Shown: positions 1 to 9,789 of the stretch, piece by piece
Layout of the letters: every line of letters starts with the position of its first letter
Numbering within the stretch: position 1 is the first letter of the stretch
Source of the DNA: an uncultured Anaerolineaceae bacterium
Lineage (GTDB): Bacteria; Chloroflexota; Anaerolineae; Anaerolineales; UBA4823
Assembly: GCA_964416175.1 (NCBI GenBank)
Contig: CAYQDF010000006.1
Span: forward strand, 526 to 64,525
Direction of reading: 5' to 3'
Length of the DNA stretch: 64,000 nucleotides
The notes under the pieces: model-generated
What the model saw: the letters and a program-made list of their open reading frames with translations, nothing else
What the model was told of the DNA's origin: nothing
The model's database searches: none
Translations under genes and position numbers: made by a program

Positions 1-85
1 GGTTGACCTCCGTTCCAGGTTGTAAATCAAAACGGCGAGCAGAAGTCCTGCTCGCCGCAATTTACTGACCTGGTCCCCTCTCGAT

Positions 86-1369
86 CTACGGCAGGAAGTC
101 CCAGGGATTGACCTTGCCGTAGCTGTCGTGCAGCATCTCAAAGTGGATGTGCGGACCGCTGGACTTGCCGGTGCTGCCGATCGTGCCGAGCGGAGTGCCC
201 TGGAAGACGCTCTGCCCGCAGATCACGCCCACCACGTCCATGTGGGCGTACAGGGTCTGCCAGCCGTTGCCGTGGTCGATGACCACCATGTTGCCGTATC
301 CGAAGTTGTTCCACCCGGCGTAGACCACCACGCCGCTGTCTGCCGCCCACAACGGCTCACCCAGGTCGCCGTCGATATCGATCCCGTAGTGGTTGGTTGA
401 AGGCGAGTAATCGTATCCGGACAGGAAGTGCGCGGCGCTGGGCCAGATAAAGGCGCCCGTGCCGACCGCGCCGTCGACGATCGTGCCGCAGGCCCCGGGG
501 CCGATCCACCGGGCGACTGCCGGGTCGTCCCGGGTGATGCGTGGGGCGCTCCAGGTGACGAACTGGCGCGAGCCGCCGGGCACGAACAGGAAGGTCCCGG
601 GCTCGATATTTGGGTCAGAGTAATCTCCCAGCGTCTCGGGGTCGAGGTGGTTGCCGGGGAAATTGACGATCACGTCCGGGGTGACGCCGTATCCCTGAGC
701 CACCCCGTTCAGGCCTTCGCCAGCCGACCACTTATGGTACACGCCGTTGGAAGGCATGATGTTCAGCACCTGCCCGGGGGTGAGGGCGTGCGGGTTGTCC
801 GCCAGGACGTAATAGTTGCCCCACAAGATGGTCTCGGGCTTGAGCCCAAACTTCTCTGCGATGCCAAAGACCGTGTCGCCGGGCTGCACTTCGTAGGTGA
901 TCACCTCCGTCCGTGGGCGGCTCGGGATCGTTGTGTGGAACAGAACCAGGCGCGGGATGCCCGTGGTGTACGGACCTCCGGCTGCCCCCAAAGGAGGCAG
1001 CGGAGGCAGCGCTTCGGTTGGCGTGGCTGTCGGCAGCGCGGCCGCCAGCGCAGCCGCCCTCGACGCTGGTGAAGGCTGGGGCTTCAGGATGTATTCACGC
1101 ATCACCCATACGACGAGCAGCGCCAGCGCGATCGATAGCATGTGCGTGCCGATCCGCAGGGCAGAATCGGCGATGCCCAGGTGGGACAGGTCTTTCAATA
1201 GAGAAAAAACACGGCTCTCTCGAGCAGTGCTGCGGGGCAGCTCTTCGGGTGGGGCCGGTCGGGACTCTTGATCTGAATTTGACCAAAAGGGCAGGTCCTC
1301 AGTTTCGGACAGCCCCTCGGGGAGGTGAACGTCTGGCATCCAGGGATTCTCCGCCTGGCATGATAACAT
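86..1369 (-). CDS. M23 family metallopeptidase with LysM-like domain, membrane-anchored/secreted
   Basis: 427-aa ORF. N-terminal TM helix. LysM-like segment GDTVFGIAEKFGLKPETILWGN. M23 motifs HYGIDI, VVIDHGNGWQTLYAHM, GPHIHFE. Confidence 0.85.
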   Translation of the reverse strand: MLSCQAENPWMPDVHLPEGLSETEDLPFWSNSDQESRPAPPEELPRSTARESRVFSLLKDLSHLGIADSALRIGTHMLSIALALLVVWVMREYILKPQPSPASRAAALAAALPTATPTEALPPLPPLGAAGGPYTTGIPRLVLFHTTIPSRPRTEVITYEVQPGDTVFGIAEKFGLKPETILWGNYYVLADNPHALTPGQVLNIMPSNGVYHKWSAGEGLNGVAQGYGVTPDVIVNFPGNHLDPETLGDYSDPNIEPGTFLFVPGGSRQFVTWSAPRITRDDPAVARWIGPGACGTIVDGAVGTGAFIWPSAAHFLSGYDYSPSTNHYGIDIDGDLGEPLWAADSGVVVYAGWNNFGYGNMVVIDHGNGWQTLYAHMDVVGVICGQSVFQGTPLGTIGSTGKSSGPHIHFEMLHDSYGKVNPWDFLP

Positions 1370-1406
1370 TTCCCGCCCGATCCGTCAACCGCTCGTGATC
1401 TTTCAT

Positions 1407-1443
1407 ACAAAAAGGTACCGAAGGAGTCGACTCCTTCGGTACC
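1407..1443 (-). terminator. Intrinsic terminator after the sigma/anti-sigma operon
   Basis: Perfect 13-bp stem GGTACCGAAGGAG/CTCCTTCGGTACC with a 4-nt loop (1414-1443). The A-run 1409-1413 on + gives a U-run on the - strand directly after the hairpin. Confidence 0.75.
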
Positions 1444-1494
1444 ATTCTATTTTGGTAGAACGATGCCGCTCGGCAACATTACGATTTTAATTGA

Positions 1495-2742
1495 CTAGGG
1501 TGATGGAGGTGGATCCTGCGTCTCTTCCGGATTTTCCGTCGGCGATCCACCCGACGCCGGCGTGGGAGTGACCGTCACAGTTTCGTTCACTCCGGAGGTT
1601 TCCGTCGCCACTGGAGTCAGGGTGTCGGTCGGCGTGGGGGTTGGTGTATCCGTAGGCGTTTCGGTCGGCGTTGCCGTTGGTGTATCGGTCGGCGTTTCAG
1701 TCGGCGTCTCGGTCGGCGTTTCGGTAGGTGTGGGTGTCGGGGTGTCAGTCGGGTTCGGTGTGTTGGTCGGCGTCGGCGTTTTCGTCGGCGGGATTGGCGT
1801 TGGCGTTTTCGTCGGCGGGATTGGCGTCGGCGTGCTTGTAGGTGGTTTTTGCGTTGGAGTGGAGGTGAACGGCTGTTGGGTCGGCGCACTCGTGGGCGGT
1901 GGTGGAAGTGTCTTGGTAGGCGTTGCAGTGGGGAACAGCGGTGCTGTCGGGGTGGGTGGAACGGCTTCGAATACGGACAACTCGTTGCGGACCTCTCTCG
2001 TCAGTTCGGCAATCGCCTGCGCCGTGTTAAAGAAGACGATATCAGAGAGCAGGTCCTCGCGGCTCAGGGCGAGAAAGATGGAATACTGCTCGATAAGGAG
2101 GGTGGCAAATTCATCGGCCAACTTTTCGGCTAAAACCGGATTGGTTGCGGCGATCTCTTCGATCAGTTCAACGGTTCTATCGATCTCGACCTGGGTCGAC
2201 ACCACCGTCTCGGCGAGTTTTTCGGACCGACCCTTTTCTATCAACTCCTTGATCTCAGTAAGGCGTGCTTCGACGAACTGGAGGCGGAGCTTGGCATCCC
2301 GAGATTTATCCAGGGAGGTCGCCAGGGCAATCTGCTCCAGATTCCGCTTTACAGAATACAGGGGGTCTCCAGGCAAGGAATTGCGGGCCACGGTAACGAC
2401 TGTCCCGCCGATGAACAGGAAAATCATCAGCACGGCGACGAACGCAACCGGGGCAACTCTCTGGATGTCGAAGGCCTGCCGCAAGCGGTCTTTCCAGGTC
2501 AGAGGTGCAGGTCGGGAACCTTCTTTGATCCGGGCGACGAGCCGTCGACGGGATGCGGCGACGAACTCCGGACGCGGTTCAAGTGCAGCCTTATGAGCAA
2601 ACAGCCAGGTCACAGCCTCCAGTTGCGCCTGTAATTCCTCCGCGTATTCCGGGTAGCGCGCGACGACTGATTCGAGGGTCTCGCGCCCCTCGCGAATCAG
2701 TTCCAGGCAGACATGAAAGGCTTCATCGAATTCTCTGGTCAT
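1495..2742 (-). CDS. Putative anti-sigma factor / membrane protein with Pro-Thr-rich C-terminal region
   Basis: 415-aa ORF whose start overlaps the stop of the upstream ECF sigma gene by 20 nt. One TM helix (VAPVAFVAVLMIFLFIGGTVV). Helical extracytoplasmic domain followed by PTPT/TPTETPTD repeats. Confidence 0.6.
   Translation of the reverse strand: MTREFDEAFHVCLELIREGRETLESVVARYPEYAEELQAQLEAVTWLFAHKAALEPRPEFVAASRRRLVARIKEGSRPAPLTWKDRLRQAFDIQRVAPVAFVAVLMIFLFIGGTVVTVARNSLPGDPLYSVKRNLEQIALATSLDKSRDAKLRLQFVEARLTEIKELIEKGRSEKLAETVVSTQVEIDRTVELIEEIAATNPVLAEKLADEFATLLIEQYSIFLALSREDLLSDIVFFNTAQAIAELTREVRNELSVFEAVPPTPTAPLFPTATPTKTLPPPPTSAPTQQPFTSTPTQKPPTSTPTPIPPTKTPTPIPPTKTPTPTNTPNPTDTPTPTPTETPTETPTETPTDTPTATPTETPTDTPTPTPTDTLTPVATETSGVNETVTVTPTPASGGSPTENPEETQDPPPSP
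1588..1959. repeat. Low-complexity Pro/Thr-coding repeat region, including a 27-bp tandem duplication (1775-1801, 1802-1828)
   Basis: Repeated GGCGT/GTCGG-type units on the + strand. GGCGTTTTCGTCGGCGGGATTGGCGT occurs twice in tandem and encodes PTPIPPTKT x2. Confidence 0.75.
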
Positions 2743-3295
2743 AATGTTCTTCCAATGTTTTTCGCAGAGCCGCTATCGCCCTGTACTGTAATACCCGCAC
2801 CGCCCCTGTTGACCGCTTCATGACCTTTGCTGTCTCGGTCGGAGAAAGGTCATTCAAAAACCGCAGTACCAGAACCTCCTGATAATCATCTCTGAGCAGT
2901 TCAATCGCCTGACGAAGCTCCTGGTGTTTAATGTTCAGTGAGGTGACTTCGCCGGGGTCAGGGTTTTTATCCCGCAACGGCAGGTCATCGATCGACACAC
3001 GCTGCGGCTCACGTCCGTTCCGCCGATAGTGATCGATCAGCATGTTGCGAGCAATGATTAATAAGAATGCAACAAAAGGTATCCCTCGTTCGTGATACTT
3101 ATTTAACGAACTCCATGCTCGTAAGAAGACCTCTCCCGTGAGATCCTCCGCGTCTAATCGGTTATCGAGGCGAGCATAAAGAAAGCGGTAGACGGCGTTC
3201 GCGTGCCGTTCGTACAGTTCACCAAACGCTTCCTCTTCACCATCCTTGGCCAGTCTGATGAGTTCGTTATCGTCTTGATCATGCCATTCCAGCAT
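2723..3295 (-). CDS. ECF-type RNA polymerase sigma-70 family factor
   Basis: 190 aa. Region 2 (AFGELYERHANAVYRFLYARL, EDLTGEVFLRAW) and region 4 HTH (LSPTETAKVMKRSTGAVRVLQYRA) are recognisable. Confidence 0.85.
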   Translation of the reverse strand: MLEWHDQDDNELIRLAKDGEEEAFGELYERHANAVYRFLYARLDNRLDAEDLTGEVFLRAWSSLNKYHERGIPFVAFLLIIARNMLIDHYRRNGREPQRVSIDDLPLRDKNPDPGEVTSLNIKHQELRQAIELLRDDYQEVLVLRFLNDLSPTETAKVMKRSTGAVRVLQYRAIAALRKTLEEHYDQRIR

Positions 3296-3310
3296 GATAC
3301 CTATCCTGTT

Positions 3311-3337
3311 TAACGAAGTATGATACGGATTGTTACT
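3311..3337 (-). promoter_or_regulatory. Possible ECF-type autoregulatory promoter (AAC-N16-CGT)
   Basis: The - strand reads GTAACAatccgtatcatacttCGTTAA about 15 nt upstream of the sigma start. Spacing matches the generic ECF AAC/CGT signature. Judged by eye only. Confidence 0.25.
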
Positions 3338-3631
3338 GGTATATAAGTACTAATTAAGGTCTAAGATCCACTGTACCGCTGGTATCTTCTTAACCGGCGA
3401 GTGTCACACCAGGATCATTTTAGCAGATTTATCGACAGGTTTAGGTGTTGATTTTACTTCCCGCCGCATTATCATTCGTGAGCGTACAGTCCGGAAGTCT
3501 TGTCCGGCTTATTTTCAGCCAGGATTGTAACATAAAACACTACCAGGGTACTATCGTTTCTTTCCAAACCCCGGGCGATCTGTGGTCTGATTGTGCAGGG
3601 ATGAGATTAGAAAAGGGGGTGTAAGGAGCGG

Positions 3632-3661
3632 CGCTGCGGGGAGACAGATCCCCCCGCAGCG
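3632..3661 (-). terminator. Possible terminator hairpin downstream of gdhA
   Basis: 10-bp GC stem CGCTGCGGGG/CCCCGCAGCG. The U-run on the - strand is not immediately adjacent. Confidence 0.4.
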
Positions 3662-3757
3662 GATCAAGAGACCTCAGGGATGGGAAGATAGCGGCGCTCG
3701 GAGATCCTTATGACGCTCTGAATTTCAGGAATCCCCAGACTCGATTCCCCCTGGGGG

Positions 3758-5044
3758 TTATAACCAGCCGCGCAGCTCCATCGCTTTGACGACGCGCGAG
3801 ATGGCGACCATATAAGCGGCATCGCGCATATAAACCTTTTCACTCTCTGCGGTTTCGACCACGCTGTTGAAGGCAGCCGTGACGTTGGTATCCAGGCGAG
3901 AGAGCACTTCATCGCGCGTCCAGTAATAGTTCATGTCATTTTGGACGCTCTCGAAGTACGACACGGTGACCCCTCCCGCGTTGCACAGAAAGTCGGGGAT
4001 GACGAAGATGCCGTTCCGCTTGAAGACTTCGTCAGCTTCAGGGGTCGTTGGGCCATTGGCGCCTTCCGCGACCATTTTCACACGATCATGCACGCGCTTG
4101 ACTGTCTCGGCGTTGATTTGGCCCTCCAGCGCGCCCGGGATGAGCACATCCGCTTCCTTGGCTATCCACTCATCGCCAGCTTCAATCCTGTATCCGGCCT
4201 GGTGAGCCAGGTCTTTATTGATGGTGCCATAGGTATCTGTAATTGACTGCAAGAAATGCGGATCGACCCCATCTGGATGGCTGACTGTGTAAGGGGCGCG
4301 GTCTTCCCGGTCCCAGTAGGAGACACAGGCGACCTTTCCTCCCAGGATATGCTTAAATCCGATGGCTGCGTATTGGGAGACGTTTCCAAATCCCTGAATT
4401 GCTGCCACTGACTTTGCCGGATCCAGCTTGAGATGTTTCATCGCCTCGCGCACGGTAAAGATCAGTCCAAAGCCGGTCGCTTCTGTGCGCCCGAGGGAAC
4501 CCCCTCCGCCGACTGGTTTGCCGGTGATGACACCAGGGGTATACTGCCCGACCAGTTTTGAGTACTCATCCATCATCCAGCCCATCATGCGCGGGTTGGT
4601 GCCTACGTCTGGGGCGGGGACGTCCTGGCGGGGACCGATGTTGCGCCAGATCTGATCGATCCATCCCCGCACCAGGTTTTCCTGTTCGTGGATGGAGAGG
4701 GTCGCCGGATCGACTGCCACGCCGCCCTTGCCGCCACCCAGCGGGATGTCAGCAACCGCGCACTTCCAGGTCATCCACATGGCGAGCGCGCGCACGGTAT
4801 CCAGAGTCTCGGCGGGATGGAAGCGGATGCCGCCCTTACACGGTCCACGCGCATCGTTATGTTGCACCCGGTAGCCGAAGAACACCCGGATGGTGCCATC
4901 GTCCATGTGGGTTGGGATCATAAACTTGAATTCCCGCATCGGCCAGCGCAACATCTCGGCGACCTGGGGGTCGAGGTTGAGCAACGTCGCGACGTGATCG
5001 AACTGGCTCTGGGCCATCGTGAATGCGTTGATCGTTTCAACCAT
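3758..5044 (-). CDS. gdhA: Glutamate dehydrogenase (Glu/Leu/Phe/Val dehydrogenase family)
   Basis: 428 aa. Catalytic Lys loop IPLGGGKGGVAVDP. Rossmann segment AIQGFGNVSQY. AGGAGA SD before the ATG. Confidence 0.9.
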   Translation of the reverse strand: MVETINAFTMAQSQFDHVATLLNLDPQVAEMLRWPMREFKFMIPTHMDDGTIRVFFGYRVQHNDARGPCKGGIRFHPAETLDTVRALAMWMTWKCAVADIPLGGGKGGVAVDPATLSIHEQENLVRGWIDQIWRNIGPRQDVPAPDVGTNPRMMGWMMDEYSKLVGQYTPGVITGKPVGGGGSLGRTEATGFGLIFTVREAMKHLKLDPAKSVAAIQGFGNVSQYAAIGFKHILGGKVACVSYWDREDRAPYTVSHPDGVDPHFLQSITDTYGTINKDLAHQAGYRIEAGDEWIAKEADVLIPGALEGQINAETVKRVHDRVKMVAEGANGPTTPEADEVFKRNGIFVIPDFLCNAGGVTVSYFESVQNDMNYYWTRDEVLSRLDTNVTAAFNSVVETAESEKVYMRDAAYMVAISRVVKAMELRGWL

Positions 5045-5075
5045 ATACCTGTCTCCTGGGAACTGTAGAAGTCTT

Positions 5076-5111
5076 AAAAAATCTAAGCGGGCACACCGGT
5101 ATGGCGCCCGC
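5076..5111 (-). terminator. Intrinsic terminator inside the predicted gdhA leader (candidate attenuator)
   Basis: On the - strand: GCGGGCGC..GUGUGCCCGC hairpin followed by CUUAGAUUUUUU, ending about 30 nt before the gdhA start codon. Confidence 0.5.
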
Positions 5112-5188
5112 CAATTTTCGGAGGAGGAAGGAGAATTGTGTCGTTGAAGCGCAAAGCTCAGCCTCTCCTCGTTGCTGATGCTACACTA

Positions 5189-5217
5189 ACCTTAATCGAT
5201 GTCAGACAACCCGTCAA
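5189..5217 (-). promoter_or_regulatory. Candidate sigma-70 promoter for gdhA (TTGACG-N17-TAAGGT)
   Basis: Hexamers read on the - strand with a 17-nt spacer. This would give a leader of about 138 nt that contains the terminator above. Confidence 0.4.
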
Positions 5218-5318
5218 GTGACTAATCTCACGTTTCTCTTATGATCGAAGCAGCCGACTTAGGGACCTCCAGCTGCCAGCGAGAGATCTCTGCCGGGGAC
5301 TCAAGCGGCCCGGCGAGG

Positions 5319-6821
5319 TCAATCAGCAGACCGCTTATAGCTGTCGAGCTGGCGATCCAGCTCCTTTTGGAGGATCTGCGGGTTGGCCTGGCCTCCGGCT
5401 GCTGCCATCGCCTGGCCGAACAGCCAGCGGGCGATCCCGGCTTTCCCTTGCAGATATTCCTGCAGCTGGCGTGGGTTCTCTTCCAGCACCTGCCTGACCA
5501 GCACCGTGATGGTTGCCGTATCTGAGATTTGTCTCAGTCCCCGGTCTTGAACGATCGCTTCCGGCGGCGCGCCGGTTGTAAACATCTCTGCCAGGACGCT
5601 CTTGGCGGTGTTCTGGTTGAGATCCCCACGGGTGACCATTTCGATCAGCGAGGCCAGCGCATCAGGCGTGATGCGGATTTTTTCGATTGAAGCGCCGGCC
5701 TGGTTCAACAGGCCGAACAGCTCGCCAGTGATCCAGTTGGCAGCGACCTTCGCCTCGCTGGCGGGACTTCCGCCACCTCGCGCCAATTGAGAAACGACCC
5801 GTTCGAAGTAATCAGCCACCGCCGGTTCAGTGACCAGCACGCCGGCATCATAGGCGTTCAACCCATACTGCGTTTGGAACCTCTGGAATTTTGCTGTGTG
5901 AAGCTCCGGGAGGGCTGCTCGCAGGCGCTCTATCCAGTCTGGATCGATGACCAGGGGTGGTAGATCGGGTTCTGGGAAGTAGCGGTAGTCGTCCTCCTGT
6001 TCTTTCACACGCTGGGTGACAGTCATGCCCAGGCTTTCATCCCAGCCAACCGTCTCCTGCAGGACGGGTTTCCCTTGCTGGATCAGCTCTATCTGGCGTT
6101 TGATCTCGTACGCGACGCTCCTTTCCAGCGCCCGGAAGCTGTTCAGATTCTTGATCTCGACGCGGGTCCCGAAATGGCTTGCGCCTGCCGGTCGTACAGA
6201 GATGTTGGGTTCGATGCGCAGGACTCCTTTTTCCAGGTCCCCGGAATTGACCTCCAGGTAGCGCAGCAGCGAGCGGAGACTGGCAGCATACGCCCGCACT
6301 TCCTCCGCGGAACGCATATCGGGTTCGGTAACAATCTCGAGCAGGGGGACGCCTGCCCGGTTCAGGTCGACCAGTGTATAAGCCGCGCCTGGACCTTCCG
6401 GGCTGGGGCTGAGGGTCACGTGGGTCAATTTGCCGGTATCCTCCTCAAGGTGGACGCGCCGGATGCGGATGGTCCGCTCACCAGAGGGGGTGGTGATTTT
6501 CAAGCGTCCGCGCCTTGCCAGCGGTTGTTCGTATTGGGAGATCTGGTAACCTTTCGGGAGGTCAGGGTAAAAGTAGTTCTTCCGCGCGAACAGGCTGACC
6601 GGGGCGATTTCGCATTCCAGGGCAAGGGCCACCCGCAGCGCATATTCGACTGCTTTTTCATTCACCACCGGCAGGACGCCTGGCATGCCGGTGCACACCG
6701 GGCACACCGCGCTGTTCGGCTCTGCCAGAGTGGAATCCACGACGGGACATGCGCAGAACATTTTGGACCTGGTCTCCAGTTCTGCGTGGACTTCGAGACC
6801 AATGACAGCTTCAAACTCCAT
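5319..6821 (-). CDS. gatB: Asp-tRNA(Asn)/Glu-tRNA(Gln) amidotransferase subunit B
   Basis: 500 aa. Canonical N-terminus [25 protein letters not shown] and a YqeY-like C-terminal tail. Confidence 0.95.
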   Translation of the reverse strand: MEFEAVIGLEVHAELETRSKMFCACPVVDSTLAEPNSAVCPVCTGMPGVLPVVNEKAVEYALRVALALECEIAPVSLFARKNYFYPDLPKGYQISQYEQPLARRGRLKITTPSGERTIRIRRVHLEEDTGKLTHVTLSPSPEGPGAAYTLVDLNRAGVPLLEIVTEPDMRSAEEVRAYAASLRSLLRYLEVNSGDLEKGVLRIEPNISVRPAGASHFGTRVEIKNLNSFRALERSVAYEIKRQIELIQQGKPVLQETVGWDESLGMTVTQRVKEQEDDYRYFPEPDLPPLVIDPDWIERLRAALPELHTAKFQRFQTQYGLNAYDAGVLVTEPAVADYFERVVSQLARGGGSPASEAKVAANWITGELFGLLNQAGASIEKIRITPDALASLIEMVTRGDLNQNTAKSVLAEMFTTGAPPEAIVQDRGLRQISDTATITVLVRQVLEENPRQLQEYLQGKAGIARWLFGQAMAAAGGQANPQILQKELDRQLDSYKRSAD

Positions 6822-6823
6822 GA

Positions 6824-7834
6824 TTAGAGGGACACCGTGGTGTTATCACCGGCGTTGATCGTGCCCGCGCGCCGCTGAATCTGTGCCCGCCGACCGATCA
6901 GGGAGCTTTCCAGGATCACGTCGGTGACTTGGGCTTCGTCTTCGAGGATCGAATTGCGAACGATGCTGCTGGTCACACGCGCCCCGGCACCGATCGAAAC
7001 ATAGGGACCGATAATCGAATTCTCAACTTCAGCAGTTGGGTGAACAAAAACCGGGGGGATAACCACCATTTTCTCCCGCCTGGCAGCCTCGGCGCTGTTG
7101 TTGTGACTGTTCTCCAGCAGGTATCGGTTCGTTTCCAGCAGCGATTCCGGTGTACCAGCGTCCAGCCAGATAGCCACTTTTTCGGTGCGCATTTTCAGGC
7201 CGCGTTCCAAAAGGATGTTCACTGCGTCCGCCAGGAAATATTCCCCATTCAGCTGAAGCCCGCGCCGCATCTGCTCTTCGACTGCGGAAACCAGATCTTC
7301 AGCGGATCGAAAATAATAAAAACCCACCACCGCCAGGTTGTTCTCCATTCCCTCCGGCTTCTCGATCAGCCGGGTCACCCATCCCTCAGGATCGATCACC
7401 GCCACGCCAAACCGGCGCGGATCGGGGACGGGCTTCACCCAGGTGATGGCATCGATATCTTCCCTGGCGAGCACCGAGAGGTCAGCTTCAATCAATGTGT
7501 CAGCGAACACGACCATCATTGGCCCGGTCAGATATTCCCGGGCGAGATAAATGGCGTGGGATTGTCCGCGTGGGTCGTCCTGTACGACGTAATGCTTCTT
7601 GAGGTGCGGGTAGCATTCCTGTAGGTGGGCTTCGATTTGGTCCCCCAGATATCCGACGATATTGACCAGTTCGATCGAATCCGGATTGGGGAGGGTGGAC
7701 AAGGTGCTGAGGACGTGATCGAGGACCGGCTTCCCTGCCACACTGACCAGTTGTTTTGGCTTGCTCCAGGTATGTGGCCGCAGCCGGGTGCCCAAGCCGG
7801 CCATTGGGATGACGACTTTCAGAGAGGTTTCCAT
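6824..7834 (-). CDS. Sugar-phosphate nucleotidyltransferase (glucose-1-phosphate thymidylyl/uridylyltransferase-like) with C-terminal left-handed beta-helix
   Basis: 336 aa. N-terminal [21 protein letters not shown] signature. C-terminal hexapeptide-like repeats. Stop lies 2 nt before the gatB start. Confidence 0.8.
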   Translation of the reverse strand: METSLKVVIPMAGLGTRLRPHTWSKPKQLVSVAGKPVLDHVLSTLSTLPNPDSIELVNIVGYLGDQIEAHLQECYPHLKKHYVVQDDPRGQSHAIYLAREYLTGPMMVVFADTLIEADLSVLAREDIDAITWVKPVPDPRRFGVAVIDPEGWVTRLIEKPEGMENNLAVVGFYYFRSAEDLVSAVEEQMRRGLQLNGEYFLADAVNILLERGLKMRTEKVAIWLDAGTPESLLETNRYLLENSHNNSAEAARREKMVVIPPVFVHPTAEVENSIIGPYVSIGAGARVTSSIVRNSILEDEAQVTDVILESSLIGRRAQIQRRAGTINAGDNTTVSL

Positions 7835-8059
7835 TGAATTGTGCTTTGCCCCTGGCTGAGACGAATTGCACCCACACGGTCCCCCCGAGTGCAGGGCTTG
7901 CCTTCTCCCGGGAGAAGGGGACCGGTGAGGGCAGCGGTAATTATACCCTTCCTGTCAGGGCTGAAGTCTGGCTGGGATCGGCACTGCTGGGAACAATATC
8001 TCACAGGCTATCGTCTTAGAATACGTCAATAATACTTCACGGGTAAAAGGAAGGAGTCT

Positions 8060-8791
8060 ATGTCTACCAAATCTTTACTAATTTTAGCAGGTTTCATGGT
8101 GTTGGGTCTGGCGGTGAGCGCCAGCAATCCGCTGCAGGCGGGGGAACCAGCATCAAGCCAACCCCCAATGCGCACGATCAGCGTGGGTGGAAGCGGGAGA
8201 GCGTTCCTGCCGCCGGAGATCGCCACCATCTCTGTCGGTGTGCGTACTGAGGACAGCGACGCTGCGCAGGCGGTCGAGGACAGCAACAGCCAGGTGGTTA
8301 CTTTAAAGGATGCGCTTTTAGCGATGGGCGTGGAGGAAAGGGACATCCAGACCACCAGTTTCAACATCTATCCAAACCAGCAGTTTGACGAAACCGGCAG
8401 GCCGGTCAGCACCACGTATGTCGTTGAGAACACTGTCACAGTCACCGTCCGTGACCTGGACATGCTTGGCGAGCTGCTGGGAGCCGCAGTCGAAGCAGGC
8501 GCCAACCAGATCTACGGGATCCAGTTTGACACCGAGGACCGGAGCGAAGCGCTGAGTCAGGCGCGCCGGGCCGCTGTGGAAGACGCTCGCGCTAAGGCCG
8601 AGGAACTCGCCGCAGCTGCCGGGGTGAGCCTGGGGGAACTGCAGTCGATCAGTGAAGTCAGCGGCATCCCGGTGCCGTACTTCGATGGCAGGGGCGGCGC
8701 GGCTGCTGAAGCAGCTGTCTCTGAAGTACCGATCAGCCCGGGGCAGCTGACCATCACTGTGGATGTGAGCCTGGTGTTCGCCATCGAATGA
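8060..8791 (+). CDS. SIMPL (DUF541) domain periplasmic protein
   Basis: 243 aa. Signal peptide. ISVGGSG..PEIATISVGV...TTSFNIYP pattern typical of the SIMPL / 26-kDa periplasmic immunogenic protein family. GGAAGGAG SD. Confidence 0.8.
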   Translation: MSTKSLLILAGFMVLGLAVSASNPLQAGEPASSQPPMRTISVGGSGRAFLPPEIATISVGVRTEDSDAAQAVEDSNSQVVTLKDALLAMGVEERDIQTTSFNIYPNQQFDETGRPVSTTYVVENTVTVTVRDLDMLGELLGAAVEAGANQIYGIQFDTEDRSEALSQARRAAVEDARAKAEELAAAAGVSLGELQSISEVSGIPVPYFDGRGGAAAEAAVSEVPISPGQLTITVDVSLVFAIE

Positions 8792-8819
8792 AGTTCAAGT
8801 GAAGATCATCCATTCGGTA

Positions 8820-8862
8820 GTGGAGTTATGCGATCCAGCCCCTGCGCATAACTCCACTTTTT
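8820..8862 (+). terminator. Intrinsic terminator
   Basis: 13-bp stem GTGGAGTTATGCG/CGCATAACTCCAC followed by TTTTT. The TTG start offered at 8861 in the ORF track lies inside this U-run. Confidence 0.8.
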
Positions 8863-8875
8863 GTATTGTTATAAT

Positions 8876-9781
8876 ATGAGCCTTGTGAACGAAAAGTACG
8901 TATTTTACCCCCCGCACCGTTTTGGATTGGTCTTCAACGCGCTCATGATTGTCCTCCTGGTCGCTGCCGGGACCTGGAGCCTCTGGCAGGCGAGCAATGC
9001 CGCGATTGGCCCCTTATTCCTGCTTTATCTCCTGCCGGGCTGCCTGGCGCTGGTCGGCGTGCCGATCCTGGGATACAGGGCTTACGCCCTTTGGCGGGCT
9101 GCTTATATGGTCGAGCAGAGTGGCATCCGCCTGCGGTGGGGGTTGCGTGAGGAAGATATTCCGATGGACGCGATCCAATGGGTGCGCTCCTGGCAGGAGA
9201 TGGGAACCGAGATTCCGCTGCCAATCTGGCACTGGCCTGGGGCGCTCCTCGGGACTCGGCGCCTGCCGGATGGGACCTTGCTGGAATATCTGGCTTCCGG
9301 TCCGCATGGACTGGTAGCGATCGGGCTGCAGGAAAGGATTTTTGCAATCTCTCCTGCTGATCCAGAGGTTTTTCTGCAGACCTGTAAACGCCTGGCGGAG
9401 TTCGCCTCGCTGGCTTCGATCCCGGCGCGGTCAGCGTATCCTTCTTTTCTTGTCTCGCGTATTTGGGCGGAGCGGCTGGCGCGCCTCCAGCTTATAGGTG
9501 GGTTGGCCCTGGCTGTACTCCTTTTAGCCCTGGTAAGCCTGGTGATCCCTTCCCGTCAGACCGTATCCCTGGGATTCGCTCCGGCCGATAGAGTCCCGGC
9601 CGTGCAGCTGCTCCTGCTGCCTGTGATCAATGGATTCTTTTATCTTTCCCAGCTGCTTTTAGGGATGTATTTCTTTCGCCGTGAGGTGGAAAGGGTCCTT
9701 GCGTACCTGGCGTGGGGCAGCAGCGTGCTGTCAGGGATTATTTTCCTGGCAGCGCTGTTCTTTATCCTCAGAGCGGGATAA
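8876..9781 (+). CDS. Membrane protein with bacterial PH-like (YdbS/YdbT-type) domain
   Basis: Start moved to ATG 8876, downstream of the terminator. Two N-terminal TM helices, a soluble segment (YMVEQSGIRLRWGLREEDIPMDAIQWV), then C-terminal TM helices. Confidence 0.55.
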   Translation: MSLVNEKYVFYPPHRFGLVFNALMIVLLVAAGTWSLWQASNAAIGPLFLLYLLPGCLALVGVPILGYRAYALWRAAYMVEQSGIRLRWGLREEDIPMDAIQWVRSWQEMGTEIPLPIWHWPGALLGTRRLPDGTLLEYLASGPHGLVAIGLQERIFAISPADPEVFLQTCKRLAEFASLASIPARSAYPSFLVSRIWAERLARLQLIGGLALAVLLLALVSLVIPSRQTVSLGFAPADRVPAVQLLLLPVINGFFYLSQLLLGMYFFRREVERVLAYLAWGSSVLSGIIFLAALFFILRAG

Positions 9782-9789
9782 CCTCCAGA

